From IMG/VR virus record IMGVR_UViG_3300011888_000002, positions 1 through 42,939 of that record: a DNA stretch of 42,939 nt; one strand, written 5' to 3'. Shown piece after piece: positions 9,103 through 16,400 of this stretch; within the stretch, counting starts at the first letter, position 1; every line of letters begins with the position of its first letter. A program made the position numbers and the translations under genes. This stretch comes from a virus. The notes below the pieces were generated by a model. It made no database searches. It saw nothing but the letters and a program-made list of their open reading frames with translations, and was not told the DNA's origin.

Positions 9103-9600
9103 ATGGCTTTTGCAATAACCATTCAGGCAGATAGTTCACCGATTGAAGCAATCCTTGCTCGCTTAAACCAGTTCGATGTCGATAAGTCAAAGATGTTTAA
9201 CGACATTGGCGATGCCATGCTTTATGCGACAAGAAAGCGATTTCAATATCAACATGATGTTGACGGTAATCCATGGAAGGTCTCATGGCGTGCTCGCTTG
9301 CAAGGCGGGGAGACAGGACGTAATGATGGGCATTTACTCAATGGTATGAGCTACAACGTTCTGAGCAATGGCGTAGAGTGGGGTGCTAATCAAACCTATG
9401 CGCATGTTTTTCATTATGGTGCTCATATCACCCCTAAGAACGGTCAATACATTACGTTTGCGGTGGCAGGGCAATATCGAAAAGTAAAAGAGGTGAACAT
9501 TCCATCCCGTACTTTTCTTGGTATTAATTCGGAAGATGAGGCGAAAGTCTTAGACATTGTCGGGAGTTTTATAGATGAGCACCTTCTTCGCGGTGCGTGA
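9103..9600 (+). CDS. Virion morphogenesis/tail completion protein (Mu G-like)
   Basis: DGNPW..., YAHVFHYGA and IPSRTFLGINSEDE are typical of the Phage_tail_S family. ATG 9103 is preferred over GTG 9097 because the GTGAGG RBS lies at 9092-9097. Confidence 0.7.
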   Translation: MAFAITIQADSSPIEAILARLNQFDVDKSKMFNDIGDAMLYATRKRFQYQHDVDGNPWKVSWRARLQGGETGRNDGHLLNGMSYNVLSNGVEWGANQTYAHVFHYGAHITPKNGQYITFAVAGQYRKVKEVNIPSRTFLGINSEDEAKVLDIVGSFIDEHLLRGA

Positions 9601-9997
9601 TGAGATTGCAGAAAAACTGAAAGAGATTCCAGAATTTCTAAAGATCTATACGCCGTTGAATTCAGTCAGTGTAACTGAGATGTCGCAGGTCACGCCATCT
9701 GCGCATGTCAATTTTGTCCGTATAGACAAGAAAGCCAGTGCAGGTCGTGGAAGCATCAACCAGATCGGTCAGCAATGGGCGGTTACGGTTGCATGTCGAA
9801 ATGCTCAATCTCAAATGACCGATGGACGTGCTGTAAGTGATGAAGCGGGGCTTTTGACTGAGAAGGTCATTCAATTACTTTCCGGCTGGCAGCCTCAGGC
9901 ATCACGAACGGCACTAGAAATGATTTCGGTTCGGGATGGGTATAGTCCAGGCTTTGCATACATCACGATTATTTTTGAATCACAAAAATTCATTTAG
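9575..9997 (+). CDS. Putative neck/tail-terminator protein (Mu gp37/DUF1834-like)
   Basis: 140 aa located after the G-like gene and before the tail tube gene. The family call rests mainly on synteny. Confidence 0.45.
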   Translation: MSTFFAVRDEIAEKLKEIPEFLKIYTPLNSVSVTEMSQVTPSAHVNFVRIDKKASAGRGSINQIGQQWAVTVACRNAQSQMTDGRAVSDEAGLLTEKVIQLLSGWQPQASRTALEMISVRDGYSPGFAYITIIFESQKFI

Positions 9998-10006
9998 GAG
10001 CCAGTC

Positions 10007-10180
10007 ATGGCAAAACAATACAAGGCAACTCAGCCTGTCGGTCGCTTTCAAAAAGGCGATGTCGTCGGTGGGCTGGATGATGCACAAATTAAAAAATTAC
10101 TGGCAGATGGTGTCATTCAGGAAGTACCTGAACCTAAAGCCGCTGCTCCAGCCAAGAAAACCACAGGGGATGAAAAGTAA
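10007..10180 (+). CDS. Small 57-aa protein, paralog of the N-terminus of 8285..8644 (not in the ORF track)
   Basis: RBS AGGAG (9996-10000) precedes ATG 10007. The product is MAKQYKATQPVGRFQKGDVVGGLDDAQIKKLLADGVIQEVPEPKAAAPAKKTTGDEK. Its TAA shares one base with ATG 10180 of the tail tube gene. Confidence 0.6.
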   Translation: MAKQYKATQPVGRFQKGDVVGGLDDAQIKKLLADGVIQEVPEPKAAAPAKKTTGDEK

Positions 10181-10923
10181 TGGCTAAATCAGATTTAATC
10201 TCGCTTCAAGGTGAGCTTCATTTGGCGAAGATGGTTAATAGTGTACCTTCCGCATTATTGCCTGTAGGTAATACACCGGAATTGCAAATTGCTATTTCTA
10301 GTGAATCAACGGATCACTATGAAAGCAAAACCGGCCTTCGTACCAAGGATGCAGTATTGCGCAAGCAAACAGCGGTGGCTATTTCTGGTACCTTGGAAGA
10401 AGTAACCAAGCAAAACTTAGCAATGGTTTTAAGTGGCAAATCAATCGAAATCCCTGAAACACAGCTGACTGATGTTAGTCTTGGCGCCGTAGAAGCTGGC
10501 GCGATGATTGATTTAGGTCATCGCAATTTAAGTGAAGTGGCTTTTAAGGATAGCTCAGATGTGGCTATTGAAGCGGATAAGTATGTGCTTGATGCAGTTT
10601 ATGGCACAGTCGTTTTTAATGAAGCTATTGTTGGTTCAGTTAAGTTTTCTGCCAAAGCCGGTGCTAAGACACGTACTACAATTGCAACTAACCTGGGTAA
10701 TGAATATCGCTTGCTGTTTAAAGGCATTGATACCGTTACAGGTGATAAAGTGATTTTAACTTTATGGCGTGTTGAGTTCTCACCAGATACGGAATTTGAT
10801 CTGATCCATGAAGACTTTGGATCTTACTCAATTGAAGGTGAGGCACTCGCAGATATTGCTAAAGCAAATGACGAAGAGCTTAGTGTATTTGGCCATATTG
10901 AGCGCTTCAGTGTAGCTGCATAA
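10180..10923 (+). CDS. Major tail (tube) protein
   Basis: 247 aa placed after the neck genes and before the chaperone and tape measure. No sheath gene is present, so the tail genes are of siphovirus type. Confidence 0.65.
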   Translation: MAKSDLISLQGELHLAKMVNSVPSALLPVGNTPELQIAISSESTDHYESKTGLRTKDAVLRKQTAVAISGTLEEVTKQNLAMVLSGKSIEIPETQLTDVSLGAVEAGAMIDLGHRNLSEVAFKDSSDVAIEADKYVLDAVYGTVVFNEAIVGSVKFSAKAGAKTRTTIATNLGNEYRLLFKGIDTVTGDKVILTLWRVEFSPDTEFDLIHEDFGSYSIEGEALADIAKANDEELSVFGHIERFSVAA

Positions 10924-10929
10924 ACCCAT

Positions 10930-10981
10930 ACAGGCACAAAGAACTCCATAGGAGGCGAAGGCATCTTTTTTTTGTGCCTGT
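10930..10981 (+). terminator. Large hairpin after the tail tube gene (possible terminator or RNA stability element)
   Basis: acaggcacaaa (10930-10940) pairs with tttgtgcctgt (10971-10981). An inner ctcc/ggag mini-hairpin is present. There is no clean downstream T-run. Confidence 0.35.
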
Positions 10982-11167
10982 TTAAAGTCATTATATTTAG
11001 GTCGAACAATCGGTTTATTGATAAGGCCTACAAGAAGATGAGTAAGAAATTGATGTGAGTTAGTTTCTTACTGAATGTGACATTATAACTATGTTTGACG
11101 AAGGTATTAGTCATAAAACGATGCTTTAAAGCTTAACGAATCTTGACAAGACGACGTAAACAGTTTG

Positions 11168-11227
11168 TTGACGACGATATGTACATATAATACTATATTG
11201 ACATAGCCGCAACGCGGTATGAATAAT
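11168..11227 (+). promoter_or_regulatory. Tandem sigma70-like promoters with a palindromic operator candidate for the GNAT moron
   Basis: TTGACG(11168-73)-17-TACTAT(11191-96) and TTGACA(11198-203)-18-AATAAT(11222-27). A perfect palindrome ATATGTACATAT lies at 11177-11188. Confidence 0.45.
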
Positions 11228-11301
11228 TCACATCTAAATCTAGGTGTTGATTTGGTTTAAATACTTAATTCCATATGTATTATTTTTTTGAGTGGTATCT
11301 T

Positions 11302-11451
11302 ATGAAAACACCTGCTATGTTGTTAACTCCAAAATTTGGTGAAGAAGCGACTCGAAAAATCGTAAATGAAGCTCAAAGAAAAATTACTCCTTCACGTAAA
11401 AGCCGTCTTGAAAAACTTGCTGCAATGGCCTCAAAAGCTTATAACAATTAA
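11302..11451 (+). CDS. 49-aa ORF, candidate short antitoxin/partner of the GNAT protein (not in the ORF track)
   Basis: MKTPAMLLTPKFGEEATRKIVNEAQRKITPSRKSRLEKLAAMASKAYNN. It ends 11 nt before the GNAT start. The RBS is weak (GAGTGG). The position is the one used by DUF1778 antitoxins. Confidence 0.45.
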   Translation: MKTPAMLLTPKFGEEATRKIVNEAQRKITPSRKSRLEKLAAMASKAYNN

Positions 11452-11462
11452 GAGTTACTAAT

Positions 11463-12014
11463 TTGTCTGAAGAAAATGTAAATTCTGAGGGCGAGTTACA
11501 ATTTTTTTATATCGATTCAATTGAGAAAGAAGCTTATCAATCGTTTGAATGTGAACGTGGAGAGTTAAACTCTTTTTTGATAGATGACGCTATCGACTAT
11601 CATAACTACGGATTGACCAAAACTACTTTGGTTTTTGAGAGTGATAACCTTATTGGTTTCTTCAGTCTATCCGCGGATAAAATTGTACTTACCCGAACAG
11701 AAATAGATGAACTAGCTTTAAATGGTGAATACCCAATTACTTATTTTCCCGCAGTTAAAATTACAAAGCTTGCAGTTGATAAGGCCTATGCAGGAAAAGG
11801 TTACGGAAGAAGAATACTAGAGTTGATAGAAGGGATCGTATATGGCCATCATATGGCTGTAAGATTTTTAACTTTAGATGCTGTAAATGAACCAAAAGTT
11901 TTAGAGTTCTATCAAAAAAATGGATTTGAAGAAAGCCTTCATGAGTATCGACAGCAGAAACAAAATAGGGCTAGACCAACTATTTTGATGCATAAAGATA
12001 TATTTAAAGAATAA
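11463..12014 (+). CDS. GNAT acetyltransferase with TacT/AtaT/KacT-type toxin motif order
   Basis: TTG start; the first in-frame ATG lies far inside the ORF (at the HHMAVRF segment). Motifs are FECERGELNSFL, GFFSLSADKI, KLAVDKAYAGKGYGRRIL (acetyl-CoA loop) and LEFYQKNGF. Confidence 0.7.
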   Translation: MSEENVNSEGELQFFYIDSIEKEAYQSFECERGELNSFLIDDAIDYHNYGLTKTTLVFESDNLIGFFSLSADKIVLTRTEIDELALNGEYPITYFPAVKITKLAVDKAYAGKGYGRRILELIEGIVYGHHMAVRFLTLDAVNEPKVLEFYQKNGFEESLHEYRQQKQNRARPTILMHKDIFKE

Positions 12015-12036
12015 CCACTCCAAGGAGTGGTTTTTT
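12015..12036 (+). terminator. Intrinsic terminator of the GNAT moron
   Basis: ccactcc (12015-21) / ggagtgg (12024-30) followed by TTTTTT, starting right after the stop codon. Confidence 0.7.
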
Positions 12037-12066
12037 AATGCGTAAAATTTATCTCGAGATTCCATC

Positions 12067-12627
12067 ATGAATGATTTTTTCTTAGCCACAAATCGAAGTA
12101 TTAAGCTTAAAGATATCGAAGTTCGCCAGATCCAGATGAAAGACTTTGACACCTGGGCAATGCATGCTGAAGTATTGAAGAACTTCATCAAAGACCAAAA
12201 TCATTCAGATGAGATTTTGACAGGATTATTTAAGACCCATGGTGTACAGGTCATTTCGACTATTGCCTGTGTTACTGATCTGGACAATGAATCGCTGGTA
12301 GAACTTGCTGCTGATGAGCAGGGCTTTAAAGATTTACTTAAGGCGGTACTTCTGGTCAACCAGGCTTACTTCAAATACGAAAAACCAAAACGTGGTATTA
12401 AAAAGAAAGATGACTCCACCTGGTTTGATTCATTCCAGTTTCTGGTATCAATGGGCCATCAGCATAGTGAAATCATGGAAATGACCTACGGTGCATTCCA
12501 GGGCTATGTTAAGGCAGCAAACAAGATGTATAAGCAGGGCATCTTTAACTCTGCGATTGCTGCACGTGTAGCCCAATCCGACAAAAAGGGCTTTGAATCA
12601 TTCAAGAAAGAAATGGTTTCTGATTGA
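12067..12627 (+). CDS. Tail assembly chaperone (single ORF, no frameshift extension seen)
   Basis: Located between the tail tube and tape measure genes. The C-terminal WFDSFQFLVSMGHQHSEIMEMTYGAFQGYV resembles the T-domain of tail chaperones. Composition matches the structural genes rather than the flanking AT-rich islands. Confidence 0.55.
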   Translation: MNDFFLATNRSIKLKDIEVRQIQMKDFDTWAMHAEVLKNFIKDQNHSDEILTGLFKTHGVQVISTIACVTDLDNESLVELAADEQGFKDLLKAVLLVNQAYFKYEKPKRGIKKKDDSTWFDSFQFLVSMGHQHSEIMEMTYGAFQGYVKAANKMYKQGIFNSAIAARVAQSDKKGFESFKKEMVSD

Positions 12628-12652
12628 TCACGCATCACCCTAAAGTTATGAT
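12624..12652 (+). promoter_or_regulatory. Sigma70-like promoter for the zinc-ribbon membrane protein moron
   Basis: TTGATC(12624-29)-17-TATGAT(12647-52), overlapping the stop of the chaperone gene. Confidence 0.45.
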
Positions 12653-12679
12653 AGGAAAATAATAATTTAGGGGGTTAGT

Positions 12680-13372
12680 GTGGCTATAAAATTTTGTAAA
12701 TCGTGTAAAAAGCCAATGAGGCCTACTGATACTCATTGCAAAACGTGTGGTACACAATATAAAAACAATCCATTAATTTTAGTAGTGATGGTATTGATTA
12801 TAGGTGGTTTTGGATATTTTTTATGGAATACATTTGCAGACAAAAATAGTAATAATGACAAGGTGGAAGCAAAGACTATAGCCAATCCTGTTAAAGATGA
12901 AAAACCCAAAGAAACCAAATGGCAGTTAGAGCGTGAGATTGATAAAATGACAGATAAAGAAGGTCTTTATTTGTCTAACAAAGCAATTAATGCTGAAACT
13001 GGTTTGCAAACCAATGCCGGCTTAACAATAGGTTGTTCATATTATGGTGGATTGAATGCTGTTTTTGTGGCAGATACCCCTATCAAAATTCGAGACTTCA
13101 CAAAAGATGGCGCTACAGGTAATTATGAGATTAGATTTGATAACCAACCAATGTCAGAAGGCACCTCAAGCCTATCTTCATTAAATAAGGTTATTGTTTT
13201 AAGCGAAAGCCATCGAATGCAAATAGAAAATAGCTCAAGAATCTTAATCCGCATAACTACGGCACTTGATGGTTATAAGACATATGAAATGGATTCAAAG
13301 AATGGCGGTGAGCAATTTGCGAAAATTAAAGAATTTTGCTTAGAACGAGCCAAAGAGAATAAATCAATTTAA
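12680..13372 (+). CDS. Zinc-ribbon / single-TM / exported-domain protein (moron; possible superinfection exclusion)
   Basis: GTG start after the RBS TAGGGGG. CKSCKKPMRPTDTHCKTCG is followed by the TM segment LILVVMVLIIGGFGYFLW and then about 180 aa of soluble domain. The region is AT-rich. Confidence 0.7.
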   Translation: MAIKFCKSCKKPMRPTDTHCKTCGTQYKNNPLILVVMVLIIGGFGYFLWNTFADKNSNNDKVEAKTIANPVKDEKPKETKWQLEREIDKMTDKEGLYLSNKAINAETGLQTNAGLTIGCSYYGGLNAVFVADTPIKIRDFTKDGATGNYEIRFDNQPMSEGTSSLSSLNKVIVLSESHRMQIENSSRILIRITTALDGYKTYEMDSKNGGEQFAKIKEFCLERAKENKSI

Positions 13373-13390
13373 TTACTTGTATCACTAAAA

Positions 13391-13411
13391 CCCGCCTTGA
13401 GCGGGTTTTTT
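13391..13411 (+). terminator. Intrinsic terminator of the membrane-protein moron
   Basis: cccgc (13391-95) / gcggg (13401-05) with a 5-nt loop, then TTTTTT; an A-run lies upstream. Confidence 0.8.
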
Positions 13412-13434
13412 ATTGCCAAAATTTAGAGGTCATC

Positions 13435-16400
13435 ATGGCTGGAAAAGAACTTACATTTAAACTGGTAATAGATGCTGATACTAAAGACTTTGTATCTAAT
13501 GTTCAGCAGTCTGAGAAAACCGCAAAAGCCCTCTTTGATGCGATAAAAATAGAATCAGATAAACTTAAGACAACATCTGAAGAAACAGCAAAAGAAGTCG
13601 GTAAAATTGTACCAGATGACCTCCAAAAGAAAGCTGATCAGGCTAAAGGCAAGTTAAGTGAAGTGTCTCAAGCAGCTAGTGAACTACAAGGTCAAGCTAT
13701 TGAGGCTGCTGGTAAAATTGATGGTTTAGGCAATGAGCTTCAAGACACAGCAAGCAAGGCTAATAAGGCTGGTTTTGAAATCGGCAGTGCAATTCCGGGT
13801 GATGCTGTTCAACTAGCAGAAATGCTAGGCAATAAGTTCTTCTCTGCCGCAAAAGAAATTGAATCTCTGGGTGATAAATCGACTATCAGTGCTGGTGAAC
13901 TCCGTGCAATGTCGAGTGCTGGGGAGCAGGGGCTTAATGAACTGAATTTGGCACTGAAAGCCGCTCAGGCTGAGTTGGTTCGTCTACAAAGCACTGATGG
14001 CACCCTACAAGACATTGAGATTGCTAAGCAGCGCGTTTTAAGTATTCAAGATGCGATTAACGAAGCCTCCAGTGCCTTCAACTACTACCAAGGTGTAGCG
14101 ATCAATGCCATGAAAGGCGTGGATGGTGCCACTCAATCAGCTATTAACCAGGTCCAACGTTTTAGCGCCGTAGATCTAACTGGGGTAGTAGGGGAAGCAC
14201 AGACTGCCACCCGTGCAATTGAAAGTATGGGTGACGGCGCAAGCCTCAGTACCAAAGAAATTGAACGTATTGGCAGCATTGGCACCAATAGCATTAATGC
14301 CCTAGAGCGTGAATTACTGACAGCAAGAAATGCATTTTCGGCACTAGAGCAAAGCAGTGAAGCTGTAACACTTAATGAGATTAAGGCAGCTGGTGACAAG
14401 GTTAAAGGTCTTGAGCAAGCAGTAGATCTGACTAAATCAGCCTTCTCCGAATTTAATGTAAAAGCCACCACTGCAATGCAGGGCGTTTCCACAAGCACAG
14501 ATAAGGCATCCGGTAGTGCCAAGCAAGCCGGACATGCAATTTATGAAGCATTAGGCATTAAACCGCCGTCCGTGATTAATGATGCTATTGCCGATCTGAC
14601 CAGAAAGCTCGAAAACTTTAAAGCTAACAGTAAATTGCCGGCTGAAGAAGTAGAACGTGTAACCAAGATCACCGAACAGCAAATCGAAAAGCTTAAAAGT
14701 GAATTAAATGGTGTTGAGCCTGCTGCTCAAAAGGCAAATTCTGGTGTTTCTGGGCTATCTAAGGGCATGGAGATTACCAGATTCGCTGCTACAGCTCTTG
14801 CTGGTGCTATGGCCGCCGTAGGTGTGGGTATCGGTGCTAGAGAAATTGCTGAAGCAGCAGATTCTTATACCAACCTTTCAGCCCGGATCAACATTGCAAC
14901 CAGTGAGGGTGGAAACTTTACCCAAGCTATGGCTGGGGTGCATCAAGTTTCGCTGATGACTAATACTAGTCTTGATGCTACTGCAGGTTTATTCACAAAA
15001 GTGAATGATGTGGGCAAGCAGATGGGAATGACCCAGCAGCAAAGCCTGGATCTAGTTAAGACCATCAATATGGCCATCCAAACTGGTGGTGGAGATGCTG
15101 CTGCTAGTGAGGCTGCAATTGTGCAGCTTACTCAGGCATTGCAATCTGGCGTACTACGTGGTGATGAGTTCAATTCCATTATGGAGCAAGCCCCAGGTAT
15201 CTCTAAAGCTTTGGCTCAGTCACTCGGGGTAACCACCGGTGAACTGCGTAAGATGGCTGAGAATGGCGAACTGTCAGCCGAGAAGGTCATCAAGGCATTA
15301 CAAAGCCAATCCGCTGCAATTGAAGCTGATTATGCTAAGTTCCCAACCACCATTGGTAACGCATTGCAGCGTATCACTACACAATGGCAAATCTTGATTG
15401 GCACCATGGACCAAGCAAACGGCGCATCTGCAACTGTGGCGCAATGGCTGGTTACTCTTGCTGACAATATGGACGTAGTGGAGACCATACTTGAGGACAT
15501 TGGCGAGGGATTTATCTGGGTAGGGGATCAGCTTAAGAAGATTGACCCAGCCACATTTGAAGCACTTAAAGAGGCATTAAGTACTGCTTATGAGACTGTA
15601 AAGTCTATGGCCAGTACTATAGGGACTGGAATTGGAAACACTGTAGATCAGTTAAATACACTCCTTGGAGCAATATTTAATTTTGAAAGCGGCATAGATA
15701 CAGCAACAGATAAGACTAATGGCTTCACCAAAGCCCTGCAGGCTCTCAATGTAGTATTTGGATTCATTGGTGATGGTTTTGAAGCAATTAGTATAGTTTC
15801 CAACCTGCTTGCTGGCGTGTTTTATGATGTTGGTGCTGCATGGATAGGGTTTAAAGCCAATTTCAAATGGGGCGATGCCAAGGATCAGGCTATTGCAGAT
15901 ATGGATGCAATGGCCAAGAAAGCACAGGATTATTATGACCGTGCAACTGCTGGTGCAATGGGCTTTAAATCTGCAGGTATTGCTGCTATTGAAGACATTG
16001 GAAAGACCCAAGATCAGAAAAACCAAGAATCCCTGCAGAGCAACAATGCCACCTTTGCAGAACTAGCACAGCAGAATCAAGAATTTACCCAAAAGTCTAA
16101 AGATTTGGCAGCTGAACGTGCTGCCATTGATACACAATTAAATCAGGCTCGCAAGGATGGCAACCAGTCGACCATTGATGCAATTATCCAAAAATCTAAT
16201 GAGCTGGAAGGCCGCGAGAAGGAGCATGCCACCAATAAAGCCTCATTAGATAAGGATATGCTGGCTTCTGCTCAGGACTATGCCGAGGCCGCTATCAAAG
16301 CCAATGGCGGTGTCATGGATGGCGTGATGCAGGCTGATCTATTAACCAAAGGCTACATCGTTACCATTGATGAAGCTGGCAAAGTATCTGTTCAAGCTGG

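Noticed and set aside
9936-10187. Track ORF of 83 aa on the + strand
   Set aside because: It has no RBS and overlaps the end of the previous gene. It is in a different frame from the 10007..10180 ORF, which has a consensus RBS, stop-start coupling to the tail tube gene and a paralog elsewhere in the genome.
11041-11072. 9-bp hairpin (agtaagaaa / tttcttact) with a 6-codon mini-ORF upstream of the GNAT moron promoters
   Set aside because: There is no U-tract, no promoter that I can pair with it, and no conservation evidence. I cannot support calling it an sRNA or a terminator.
12385-12405. A-rich run (attaaaaagaaag) as a possible G/GT -1 frameshift site in the tail chaperone gene
   Set aside because: I translated both alternative frames by hand. 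The -1 frame stops within a few codons and the +1 frame after about 40 codons, still inside the annotated gene. No extended product is possible.
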